Shown piece by piece: positions 1 through 7,445 of a stretch of DNA of 40,246 bases. Numbering within the stretch: position 1 is the first letter of the stretch; each line of letters starts with the position of its first letter. The DNA lies in the IMG/VR virus record IMGVR_UViG_3300048599_000191, positions 1 to 40,246 of that record; one strand, 5' to 3'. The position numbers were made by a program, and so were the translations under genes. Source of the DNA: a virus. The notes under the pieces were generated by a model that had not been told where the DNA came from, searched no databases, and worked only from the letters and a program-made list of their open reading frames with translations.

Positions 1-127
1 TTGGCGCCGGGAGCACCGATGGCATGATCGGCGCGAATGAAGTGTTTCTCCGCAATCGCGCTTTCAATGTCGGACAACGCGACGCGCGGAGCGACGGCTG
101 ATGATGCGGACAGTGCGTCGGCGGCTG
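1..127. repeat. Terminal direct repeat copy A (identical to 40120-40246)
   Basis: Read base by base: 127/127 identical to the last 127 bases of the window. Confidence 0.97.
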
Positions 128-136
128 TGAGGCTGT

Positions 137-508
137 TCAAGCTTGCACCGTCGCCTGTGCGAGAGCAGGGGTCTGGTCCGCTTGCGTCTGGCCGTCGCCA
201 GCGGGATTCGGATTCATATCGGCGATTTTCGCCTGCAGCGCTTCGGCCTTGGCTGCCTGACCCTTCTGGTAGGGCATCCATTCGGCGTACTCAGTACCTT
301 CGGCGACGGGATCGCCTTCCTGCACAAGCACCACCGACGATTTTCCGATCGCCGTGCCGTCGCCGCGGAAGACAGCGAGGTTGACCTCGCGCGGGCTCAG
401 CACCTTGGTGACGATCGCCGCGAGCGGCTGGCCGTTCGGATCCGCTTCGGCGGTCGTCGGCCGGAACCAGACGATGCGGCCGACGGTTGGTTCGATGATC
501 TTGTCCAT
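137..508 (-). CDS. Hypothetical early protein (123 aa)
   Basis: Intact ORF with an AGGAG 5 nt upstream of the ATG and GC-rich third positions. No family recognised. Confidence 0.7.
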   Translation of the reverse strand: MDKIIEPTVGRIVWFRPTTAEADPNGQPLAAIVTKVLSPREVNLAVFRGDGTAIGKSSVVLVQEGDPVAEGTEYAEWMPYQKGQAAKAEALQAKIADMNPNPAGDGQTQADQTPALAQATVQA

Positions 509-522
509 TGAAGCTCCTGGGG

Positions 523-903
523 TCAGAACAGTTTCACCGTGACGGCGCCGTAATATTTGCCGCTGTACTGCGCCTCGATGGCGATGATGCCTTTCTCCAG
601 GAGGTCATCCTGCTGCTTCGGCTTCAGCCCCTTCCAGGCCTCGATGCGGACGATCGGGAAGTCGCCCTTGAATGCGCCATCTTTCTCGCCGGCCACCGTG
701 ACGGTTCCCTTGCCGGCGATCGTTTCCTTGAAGTTGGCGCTGGTGCTGGTCGCGATCGCCTTGAGCTCGGACTTGATCTCATCCATGCGTGCGAACACGC
801 TCTCGTGCTTCTTGTGGATCGAGACCAGTTCCTCACAGAGCGCGATGCGCTTCGTGAGGATCTTCTTGTCCAGCGGACTCGGGGCAACGGTGGCAGTAGT
901 CAT
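523..903 (-). CDS. Hypothetical early protein (126 aa, MTTATVAPSPLDKK...)
   Basis: Internal ATG at 903 chosen because the ORF extension to 1077 runs into a lower-GC, non-coding-looking stretch. A 7-bp hairpin (905-911/921-927) abuts the start. Confidence 0.65.
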   Translation of the reverse strand: MTTATVAPSPLDKKILTKRIALCEELVSIHKKHESVFARMDEIKSELKAIATSTSANFKETIAGKGTVTVAGEKDGAFKGDFPIVRIEAWKGLKPKQQDDLLEKGIIAIEAQYSGKYYGAVTVKLF

Positions 904-946
904 TGGCACTCTCGTCGTGTGAGTGCCAAAGCATTCCATTTTTTCT

Positions 947-1276
947 TTAACGGTCCGTTTCAAGGCATTGATGGAACTTACTATTGCCTGTTGATGCGGG
1001 GCGTTGATCCCATTCCAGAGGGAGGTATGTTCCCGGAGGAACTCGTGTTCGTCGCCTGTCCCAGCAGGCCGCGCCAAGGGAGCTTAGGCGATGATCGCCG
1101 GGAAGCATCTGGCATGATCCCTCCCACCTGCCAAAGCCGCTTTGGAGCATGCGCAGGCCGGTGCTGGTCCAGGTCAGAGGCCATTGCTTCATCCAGCCTA
1201 TGTCGACAAACGATGCTATGGCGACGGGGCCGAGGTACTGGATTTCTTCGTCAAGCACCTTCGGCTCGCGCGACAT
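947..1276 (-). CDS. Possible Trp-rich hypothetical protein (109 aa)
   Basis: The ATG shares an A with the upstream TGA (TGATG at 1274-1278). The first ~65 codons have high GC3; the tail looks less coding-like. Confidence 0.4.
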   Translation of the reverse strand: MSREPKVLDEEIQYLGPVAIASFVDIGWMKQWPLTWTSTGLRMLQSGFGRWEGSCQMLPGDHRLSSLGAACWDRRRTRVPPGTYLPLEWDQRPASTGNSKFHQCLETDR

Positions 1277-1494
1277 CACAACACCATGCGAATATCCATG
1301 GACACCAACTGGCGCTGCACCTCGATTTCCCTGAGCTCTCGTTCGAAGTCGGAGCAGTCGGCATCGCGCCGCACCTGGATGATCGGGATCCAGCAAGTGA
1401 CCTCGATGCCGGACTCGGTGTTGCCGCGCCAGATCCTGGCGGGGAACCCATGAACTGTTTCGATCGTGCCCGTGGCTTCAAGCGTGATCTTCAT
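1276..1494 (-). CDS. Hypothetical small protein (72 aa, MKITLEATGTIETV...)
   Basis: ATG at 1494 overlaps the upstream stop (1491-1494). Coding-like composition. Confidence 0.65.
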   Translation of the reverse strand: MKITLEATGTIETVHGFPARIWRGNTESGIEVTCWIPIIQVRRDADCSDFERELREIEVQRQLVSMDIRMVL

Positions 1495-1700
1495 GGATTT
1501 GCTCCCTTCGGCGGATCGATCGTCATCGTGACGCTGCAGCACTTGGGCCAGCCGTTGCGCAGGCACTCGGCCGCATCGACCTCGCGGGCCTGCCGGCAGC
1601 GGCTGCACCAGACCTTGCCGCGCAGGAGGGACGGATGAGACTGAACGATCTCGTCGTAAAGCTTCTGATGCTTCGAAAAAGTCGCCGCCGTGATGATCAT
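1491..1700 (-). CDS. Small Cys-rich (zinc-ribbon-like) protein (69 aa)
   Basis: Sequence CSRCRQ...ECLRNGWPKCC. The start overlaps the upstream stop. Confidence 0.6.
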   Translation of the reverse strand: MIITAATFSKHQKLYDEIVQSHPSLLRGKVWCSRCRQAREVDAAECLRNGWPKCCSVTMTIDPPKGANP

Positions 1701-1984
1701 GATGCTGATCCTTTCTGGATTTCCTCGCACCGGTCGGCGATCGACCTGGCGAGCTCGGGGGACGCGTTGCCGTACTGGTAACTGCGAAGGGCATGGATGG
1801 CACCCGTGAGTGCCTCCATGGTTTCGTTGTGGGCGTTGACGACTGCGACCAGGCGCGCAGCCAGTTGCAGCGCGCCGGGGCAATCGATGTGGATGGTCTC
1901 CTCTTCGTGGCCGTCGACCAGCAGAACGGCTTCGTCGAACGGGCTGCCCAAATCCACGAGCTCGAGGCGGGGGAGCGTGGTCAT
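1697..1984 (-). CDS. Hypothetical protein (95 aa, MTTLPRLELVDLGSPFDE...)
   Basis: ATGA overlaps at both ends (1981-1984 and 1697-1700). Confidence 0.65.
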   Translation of the reverse strand: MTTLPRLELVDLGSPFDEAVLLVDGHEEETIHIDCPGALQLAARLVAVVNAHNETMEALTGAIHALRSYQYGNASPELARSIADRCEEIQKGSAS

Positions 1985-2805
1985 CGTGCCTTCCTCGCTT
2001 TGGCACGAACCGCATGCTCGAGCTTGGCGACTGCCATGATCGTCGGCTTGATCTCCGCCGGCGCGGTGTCGTAGTTGCGGCCTGACTTGCCGTTGAGGCG
2101 CGGCAGCAATTCGCGCGGCACCAGCTCCCAGTTGGACACATCCGTGTTCAGCCTGTTGCCGTTGAGGCATTTAAGCGCGTGACCCTTTGGAATGGGACCG
2201 TTGATAGCTTCCCAGTTCAGCAGGTGGACGGCGCGCCAGCGTGACTGCAGGGGCATGCCATCATGGATTTTTCGCTCGAGGTAGCCGGAGCCGGACAATC
2301 GCTCCGCGCCAATTGGCTTGTAGATCTCGACCGCGATCCCGGAGCGGCTCCCCTTCTTGAACTGTGTCTTGGCGCTGTTCGCATTGAACGGCAGCTTTTT
2401 ACCCTTGGTCCAAGGAACCGAGCCTTTCTCAAATCGGCCGGTGCGGCCGGTTTTCCATCCCTGCCGCTTGCGTAGCGCCCGGATCTGTTTGTCCGTCGCC
2501 TTGGAAACCGGAAACGCGGCGTGAAAAGCCGCGCAGTATTGATCGCCTGGCATCATGCAATTACTGCGAAGCCACTCGGCCTCCGCCAGCGACACCAGCG
2601 TCAATCGCCCCTTGTAGCGGCCGGGATCACGGCCGACCTTCCAACCCATGCGGACGCGCAGCGACCTCAGGTTGTCGGTCGAGACATCCGGGCGATTGAA
2701 GGTGGCGACGAATGCAGCATGATAGTCGCCGAGAACCATTCTGTAGTTGTCCGCGAGCCATTTGCGCTCGGCTTCGCTGTAGACGATGCGCGCGCCCTTA
2801 GTCAT
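1981..2805 (-). CDS. HNH homing-type endonuclease with a duplicated N-terminal HTH-like module
   Basis: The C-terminal GHALKCLNGNRLNTDVSNWELVPR matches the HNH_3-type motif. Two ~45-aa N-terminal repeats: ERKWLADNY...LRSLRVRMGWKVG and EAEWLRSNC...IRALRKRQGWKTG. Confidence 0.8.
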   Translation of the reverse strand: MTKGARIVYSEAERKWLADNYRMVLGDYHAAFVATFNRPDVSTDNLRSLRVRMGWKVGRDPGRYKGRLTLVSLAEAEWLRSNCMMPGDQYCAAFHAAFPVSKATDKQIRALRKRQGWKTGRTGRFEKGSVPWTKGKKLPFNANSAKTQFKKGSRSGIAVEIYKPIGAERLSGSGYLERKIHDGMPLQSRWRAVHLLNWEAINGPIPKGHALKCLNGNRLNTDVSNWELVPRELLPRLNGKSGRNYDTAPAEIKPTIMAVAKLEHAVRAKARKAR

Positions 2806-3068
2806 TGCTTTGTTCCGTCGATGACGCGCGTTGCTTTCGGACCGAGCGCGGGCAGATGCTTGGTCGGATCATTGCCGTGATCGGATATGATTTTAGCCGC
2901 CTGCACCTGCAGACTGGCATGACGCAGGATTTGATCGGTTACGGCTACGATGGCGTTGCCGCGCTTGGCTTCGGTGTCGATCTGTTCCGGTGTCAGGTCT
3001 TCATTGGACAGGCGCTCGATCTGCGCGAACAGATGGTCGTTCAGGTCCGCAAGGCTATTCTTCACCAT
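2802..3068 (-). CDS. Hypothetical protein (88 aa, MVKNSLADLNDHLFAQIERL...)
   Basis: ATG at 3068 is preceded by GGAGAAG. The stop overlaps the HNH start. Confidence 0.65.
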   Translation of the reverse strand: MVKNSLADLNDHLFAQIERLSNEDLTPEQIDTEAKRGNAIVAVTDQILRHASLQVQAAKIISDHGNDPTKHLPALGPKATRVIDGTKQ

Positions 3069-3099
3069 GCCACTTCTCCAGGGCTGGCCCATTTCCGCA

Positions 3100-3717
3100 T
3101 CATGCCGACCTCGCTTTCAGCGCCTCGTCCCGAGCGCGGTTGAGCTCAGACATGGCGTCATTGCTTCCGCCGTTGTCGGGATGTCGATCGCGGGCGAGGC
3201 GGCGGTAGTTCACCTCGATTTCCGTTCTGGAGGCCGCGGCTGTGACCTGGAGAACGTCCCACCACCTCCGGTCTGGCGAAGGCAGTGCCGTAAAGCCGGT
3301 AAACGCTCGCTCGAGGATCTGGGCGCCGCCATGCCGTTCGACCGCGCGCATCGCTTCGAGGGTGGCGGCGATCGCGGCGATGTTGTCATGCACCTTCGTG
3401 TAAGCGTCGATCGCGAGCACCCGCATCGGAGCGCCTTTGATCTGCCAGTAGACCGCGATGCCAGGATCATCGGGATCTCGCTGACCACTGCGGGGATGGC
3501 CCGAAAGAGTGAGCTGCAGATTGCTTGAAATGACCACGTCGCCATCCGCCACACCGAGCCGACCGACCTCGTAGCGGAGACGCTCTCCGGCGTCGGCGAT
3601 CGTCAGGTTGCGAGCCAGTGACAGTTGGTTCTTTTTGGAGAATCTCCCGTTCTTACGTCTGAAACGGGGCGTGCGCGGCCAGCCCTCTGGCCACTGGAGG
3701 GGATAGGCGGGGATCAT
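3100..3717 (-). CDS. J-domain (DnaJ-like co-chaperone) protein with an unknown N-terminal domain
   Basis: The C-terminal WWDVLQVTAAASRTEIEVNYRRLARDRHPDNGGSNDAMSELNRARDEAL contains the diagnostic HPD tripeptide. Start taken at MIPAYPLQWPEGW. Confidence 0.75.
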   Translation of the reverse strand: MIPAYPLQWPEGWPRTPRFRRKNGRFSKKNQLSLARNLTIADAGERLRYEVGRLGVADGDVVISSNLQLTLSGHPRSGQRDPDDPGIAVYWQIKGAPMRVLAIDAYTKVHDNIAAIAATLEAMRAVERHGGAQILERAFTGFTALPSPDRRWWDVLQVTAAASRTEIEVNYRRLARDRHPDNGGSNDAMSELNRARDEALKARSA

Positions 3718-3813
3718 GATGGGTCCTTGGGGTGAGGGTGAGGGCGCGCGCGGACGCGCGCGGCGAACGCCACGCAACGAGAACTGATGAGAAGGGGGAG
3801 GGAACGAAACGGT

Positions 3814-3854
3814 GCGCGGAGTCGAATCGCGTGGCGGCGCGGAGTCGAATCGCG
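3814..3854 (+). promoter_or_regulatory. Two direct 18-bp repeats GCGCGGAGTCGAATCGCG (3814-3831, 3837-3854); putative arm-type recombinase sites
   Basis: Exact 18/18 direct repeat with 23-bp periodicity, 42 bp from the attP core. Confidence 0.5.
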
Positions 3855-3895
3855 AAAACGCCCGGCCGGAATGCTTTTGATTTTATGGGGAAATC

Positions 3896-3945
3896 TGGCG
3901 CGAGAGACGGGGCTCGAACCCGCGACCTCCGGCGTGACAGGCCGG
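3896..3945 (-). other. attP core: 3'-terminal 50 nt of a tRNA-Asp(GUC) (anticodon stem through CCA); not a complete tRNA
   Basis: Minus strand reads CCGGC-CTGTCAC-GCCGG-AGGTC-GCGGG-TTCGAGC-CCCGT-CTCTCGC-G-CCA. No matching 5' acceptor or D-arm lies upstream. Confidence 0.75.
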
Positions 3946-3981
3946 CGGCCTTCGGGTAAAAAGGCAATGAATCCCGTGGAC

Positions 3982-4055
3982 GATTCGACTCTAGCCCATA
4001 TCCGAATGGGCAACAAAATACCGGGATTCGACTCCTTTTGAGACGGAGTCGAAAC
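3982..4055. promoter_or_regulatory. Three further copies of the GAGTCGAATC motif on the int side of the core (3982-3991 and 4025-4034 inverted, 4046-4055 direct with 1 mismatch)
   Basis: GATTCGACTC is the exact reverse complement of GAGTCGAATC. Copies 4 and 5 form an imperfect inverted repeat just after the int stop. Confidence 0.5.
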
Positions 4056-4081
4056 GCAACGGACACCTTCGTTGATGCTGA

Positions 4082-5395
4082 TCACTTGGTGCCTCCGTCC
4101 TTTCTATGCACCCGTCGAAGCTCTTTTGCGCCTTGAGCTCGGGCTTCATCGAAACGAAGCACAGACGCGACGTTGACGGGCGTGTAGACCTTCTGGAGCC
4201 GCGCCGAGGCCATCAGCGTGTTCGCCATCTTCTGCGACGTGTCGGACGCCGTCGCGCCACCAGCGAGGCCCTCAACGGCACCGGAGCGCCTCATGTCCTG
4301 GATCTGACGCAGATCGGTCTCGTCGATGGTCTCCCGCACCTGTTCGCGGAAATGCCTGGACATGAGATCCTTGCTGTAGGGCTGCGGTGCCCAGCGTCGG
4401 CCGCCATTCGGCCCCGGCTCGGTACCGGGCGTCCGGAATATCTGCGCCGTCGGAAGCAATTCCACGCCGTGTTTTCTGAGCTCGGCAACGTAGGCCGTGA
4501 GCAGCGCAAGCGACCACTGTGTCAACGTGCCGGCCGCCGCCTTTCCTGTTTTGGCGCGATCCACTTCGAAATAGGAGAGGCCGTTCGCTGTCTGCACAAG
4601 CTGACCAAGGGTCAGCGTGCGCGCATCTACGGGCGAAAGCATCGAGTCCCAACCGACAGCGATGCAGGCGGCCAGCCCCCGATAGCCGTGCCGCCAGGCA
4701 ATCTGGACTCGCTTGAGAACCTCCGCGCGCAGCCACGTGTCCTGGCGCGGCTGTGGCGGGCTGTTGGCGATCAGCAGCGATGGATCCTGACGAGCGCCGC
4801 AATATTCAAAAATATGCATTTTCTTCCAGAGAGCCCGCCACACCTTGACTGTGCGGTGCCGCTCGGTCACGGACCACTTCGCCTCGATCTCCGCCAGCAA
4901 TCCAGATACCTTGCCGGTCTCCGGATGGATCGACAGGAACATTTCGGGCGTGATTGTCTTCGGATCACAATCGCCAAACACGCGCAGATGTTTCCAGGCG
5001 CGCGGCCAGTCGTCCCGACTTTTCTGTTCCCGCGTCAGCACGACGCCGTTCTTGGCCAGTTCCGCGTCGCGCATCTTGAGAGCTCGCTGATAACCATCGC
5101 CGACACTGCCGATCGGCCAGCGGTCCTCGATCTCTGCGGAAACGAGAGCTGCCACGTCGACGGCTTGGCCGGCTCGATAAGCGTCCCATTTGGCGTTCCA
5201 CCGCTCAGCGACAGCCCACGCGGCGGGACCATCCTCGCCGCAATCAACGAGCTTGAATCCGGCCTTTGCCATTTCGGTGGGTTCGATCTTGCCGGTCTTC
5301 TTGCTGCGTCTCGCAAGGCACGGGGCCCAATAGCCCCATCGCGGCTTTCCCGGCCGCTGCCTGGTGGTGTAGTACCTAATGCCCACCTTTCCCAC
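4082..5395 (-). CDS. int: Tyrosine-recombinase family phage integrase (437 aa)
   Basis: Adjacent to attP. RAKTGK beta-hairpin lysine, DMRRSG (box II Arg) and LQKVYTPV (candidate nucleophile Tyr). Several canonical residues are not obvious by eye. Confidence 0.8.
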   Translation of the reverse strand: MGKVGIRYYTTRQRPGKPRWGYWAPCLARRSKKTGKIEPTEMAKAGFKLVDCGEDGPAAWAVAERWNAKWDAYRAGQAVDVAALVSAEIEDRWPIGSVGDGYQRALKMRDAELAKNGVVLTREQKSRDDWPRAWKHLRVFGDCDPKTITPEMFLSIHPETGKVSGLLAEIEAKWSVTERHRTVKVWRALWKKMHIFEYCGARQDPSLLIANSPPQPRQDTWLRAEVLKRVQIAWRHGYRGLAACIAVGWDSMLSPVDARTLTLGQLVQTANGLSYFEVDRAKTGKAAAGTLTQWSLALLTAYVAELRKHGVELLPTAQIFRTPGTEPGPNGGRRWAPQPYSKDLMSRHFREQVRETIDETDLRQIQDMRRSGAVEGLAGGATASDTSQKMANTLMASARLQKVYTPVNVASVLRFDEARAQGAKELRRVHRKDGGTK

Positions 5396-5678
5396 TCCCG
5401 AACCCCGCGAGTCGCTGCTGGAAGACCTCCGCAGCGTCGCGCAATTTTTGAGGGCGGGTCAAACGAGGCTGTGGATCATCTAACCATTCATCGATTTTCT
5501 TGAGGTCGTAGAAGCCTGTTACGGGCTCCGCGGTTGGGAAGCCGCGCGCGATCAACTCGGGCAGCTTGGCCTCGAATTCCGCCGCCGTCAGGTGCAGAAC
5601 CCGCGCGGCCTTGTTCGCCGGCGCCAAGCGTGGTTCCACTCTGAACCGCACCGCGGTGGATACAGGATGCCGGCTCAT
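5376..5678 (-). CDS. Excisionase-like / AlpA-type small DNA-binding protein (100 aa)
   Basis: Lies immediately upstream of int and overlaps it by 20 nt. HTH-like NKAARVLHLTAAEFEAKLPELIARGFP. Confidence 0.5.
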   Translation of the reverse strand: MSRHPVSTAVRFRVEPRLAPANKAARVLHLTAAEFEAKLPELIARGFPTAEPVTGFYDLKKIDEWLDDPQPRLTRPQKLRDAAEVFQQRLAGFGSGKGGH

Positions 5679-5938
5679 GCGGCCCGCCGTTTCTGCCTGG
5701 TGGCGGAGAGCTTGGCATTGACGTCGGCATCGATCACGGACCGCCAGTGCAAGAACACGGCGTCGTCACGTTCGTCCACTCCGGAACAGGTGAGTTCGAC
5801 CCGACAGCACCAGCCGCACTGGCAGGTCGCCACGCCGATCGTGGCGCCCCCGACGTAATCCCGTGTCATGCTGACGACATGCTTGCCGACAACGGCCGGA
5901 TGATCCCAGGGCATGGGGAGGCCCGTTTTCCGCTTCAT
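5675..5938 (-). CDS. Hypothetical Cys-containing protein (87 aa, MKRKTGLPMPWDHPAVVGKH...)
   Basis: Only the C-terminal 87 codons of the 310-aa ORF look coding. ATGA overlap with the upstream stop at 5935-5938. Confidence 0.6.
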   Translation of the reverse strand: MKRKTGLPMPWDHPAVVGKHVVSMTRDYVGGATIGVATCQCGWCCRVELTCSGVDERDDAVFLHWRSVIDADVNAKLSATRQKRRAA

Positions 5939-6150
5939 CCTGCAGCTCCTGGTATGTCGCAGCCCAGCGTGGTGCGGACGTCCTGCAGCGCGCCGAGCAA
6001 CAGCCGCGCGTGGCTGATCGCATCGTCGAGCTGTGTCAGCTGATCCGTCGCTGATCCCTGCGCGGCCTTCGCCGCTGCCATTTCGATCAAAGGGCAGCGG
6101 AGCGTGGCGGCAGTGACGGCGCGGCTGAGTATTGCGCGCCGGCTTTTCAT
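5935..6150 (-). CDS. Hypothetical small protein (71 aa) with an SRRAIL twin-arginine-like N-terminus
   Basis: MKSRRAILSRAVTAATL... ATGA overlaps at both ends. The signal-peptide reading is weak. Confidence 0.55.
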   Translation of the reverse strand: MKSRRAILSRAVTAATLRCPLIEMAAAKAAQGSATDQLTQLDDAISHARLLLGALQDVRTTLGCDIPGAAG

Positions 6151-6428
6151 GCGGCGAGCGGCGCACGGCAGTTGACGCAATGGCAATTGTGCGCGTCGGT
6201 CCAGATCGGCCGATGCGGCGCCGGAATCGGCGACGCCGGGCAGAAGACGTCATCCACCTCGACAGATGCGGTGGCGATATCCGCGGCCTCGAGGGCTGCC
6301 TCGGTGCCCATCTCGACACATGCCGAGCAGAGCGGTGGCTTGAGTGAGACCCAGCTGCATCCGCCGGGGCAGGCCTGTTCGTTCGTGCAGCCGCAGCCGC
6401 AGCAAATAAGCGCCATGACGAGCTCCAT
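6147..6428 (-). CDS. Cys-rich small protein (93 aa, 13 Cys)
   Basis: CCGCGCTNEQACPGGCSWVSLKPPLCSAC... plus CHCVNC. From memory, a motif recurrent in Rhizobiales prophages. An alternative start lies at 6416. Confidence 0.65.
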   Translation of the reverse strand: MELVMALICCGCGCTNEQACPGGCSWVSLKPPLCSACVEMGTEAALEAADIATASVEVDDVFCPASPIPAPHRPIWTDAHNCHCVNCRAPLAA

Positions 6429-6434
6429 TGATCG

Positions 6435-6698
6435 TTAGCGGCCGAAACGCTGGCCAAAAAATCCAGACGCATACGCAACGACATCGACTTCTCCCGACAG
6501 CACTTCGGATGGCGTGAGGCGCCAGGGCCGGCCGGCGGCGCGATCGGCGCGTCCGGCCGCGAGCATGGCGGGATCGTGCTGCAGACCGGCGGCCATCGCC
6601 TGGGCAATGGTGATGGAGCGGGGAGCAGGATTTCCGCCTGCAGCCTCCGGGAGGGAGCCCCGGCGCTCTAAAAGTTGAGCTATCCCCGCGGAATTCAT
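6435..6698 (-). CDS. Hypothetical protein (87 aa)
   Basis: ATGA overlap with the upstream stop; coding-like composition. Confidence 0.6.
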   Translation of the reverse strand: MNSAGIAQLLERRGSLPEAAGGNPAPRSITIAQAMAAGLQHDPAMLAAGRADRAAGRPWRLTPSEVLSGEVDVVAYASGFFGQRFGR

Positions 6699-6907
6699 TT
6701 GCGCCCCCAGACTTTCCGCAGGGCCTCGATTGCCTTGTCGACGTCACCTTCCGACGTCATGACGAATTCAGCACCTTCAACATCTCGCGGCCGAACGAGC
6801 AGCGTGATCGCCGGATCCTTGAAAAATGCGGCGATGGCCTCGAGGTGGGGCCTAACCGCGTCTTCGACCATCTTGAGATCGGCGGCGTGATTGCGGAAGG
6901 AAGCCAT
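6695..6907 (-). CDS. Hypothetical protein (70 aa)
   Basis: Compact ORF within the coupled operon. Confidence 0.6.
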   Translation of the reverse strand: MASFRNHAADLKMVEDAVRPHLEAIAAFFKDPAITLLVRPRDVEGAEFVMTSEGDVDKAIEALRKVWGRK

Positions 6908-6909
6908 GG

Positions 6910-7215
6910 TCAGGCGCTCTCCTCAACCAGATGCGGCCGCCATTGCCCGACCAGCTTTTCAAACCGCGCACCGAGGCCGGCCGTATCAGGATAATTGCGC
7001 CAGTGGCTGACAAGCTTGAACACAGCAATCATGTCGTCGGCGATCGCCTGGTCGACCATCCAGAGATCGGTGAGGTCGAAGCCGCCGCAATTTCCTGCGT
7101 TCCACCATGCCAGCAGGAAGTTGGCGACGCGGCGGCTCTGGCCGGTATTGCCCTCCGCGATGCGCACCAGGCGGTCGAGGGCGTTGAATTCGTCAACTTT
7201 CACAGCGCGTCTCAT
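6910..7215 (-). CDS. Conserved hypothetical protein (101 aa, ...RRVANFLLAWWNAGNCGGFDLTDLW...)
   Basis: ORF with an ATGA overlap upstream. The motif is recalled from alphaproteobacterial mobile elements, but the family is not named with confidence. Confidence 0.65.
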   Translation of the reverse strand: MRRAVKVDEFNALDRLVRIAEGNTGQSRRVANFLLAWWNAGNCGGFDLTDLWMVDQAIADDMIAVFKLVSHWRNYPDTAGLGARFEKLVGQWRPHLVEESA

Positions 7216-7445
7216 GATGCGCCCCGCGTCGCTTCCGCCGTGGTGTTGCGGGACCGAAGGATTCTCTCGCGCGCGCGATGAATTCTGCTGCGCACCGTGC
7301 CGATCGGAATGTCGAGGGCGATGGCTATTTCGCGGTACTTCTCGCCGCGCGCGCAGCGGCTCATGATCTCGATCGAGTGCGCCGGCAACCGCTCGATTTC
7401 GTCAGCAGCAGGCTTGAACATTGGCGTCGACAAGATGTGCTTCAT
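7212..7445 (-). CDS. Small sigma-70 region-4 / LuxR-type HTH protein (77 aa)
   Basis: EKYREIAIALDIPIGTVRSRIHRARERI is a typical region-4 HTH. Second gene of the leftward operon. Confidence 0.65.
   Translation of the reverse strand: MKHILSTPMFKPAADEIERLPAHSIEIMSRCARGEKYREIAIALDIPIGTVRSRIHRARERILRSRNTTAEATRGAS

Noticed and set aside
1-127. Physical direct terminal repeats (T7-like DTR)
   Set aside because: The repeat bisects a coding sequence, and the genome has attP/int and a continuous operon across the junction. An assembly overlap of a circular molecule is more parsimonious, though unproven without reads.
3896-3980. A complete tRNA gene
   Set aside because: Only the 3' 50 nt (anticodon stem to CCA) are tRNA-like. 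The upstream sequence has no complementary 5' acceptor strand (GCGAGAG) or D-arm.
3653-4085. ORFs spanning the attP region (3653-4066, 3714-4085, 3732-3959, 3787-4041)
   Set aside because: They run through the tRNA fragment and the arm repeats, have poor composition and lack RBSs. The region is better explained as attP.
4106-5503. 465-aa plus-strand ORF opposite the integrase
   Set aside because: Shadow ORF. The minus frame has integrase motifs and the correct context next to attP.
5939-6607. N-terminal ~220 codons of the 310-aa minus-strand ORF 5675-6607
   Set aside because: The translation is Arg/Pro/Ala/Ser-rich and overlaps three better-supported, translationally coupled genes in another frame. 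Only the last 87 codons (5675-5938) were kept.
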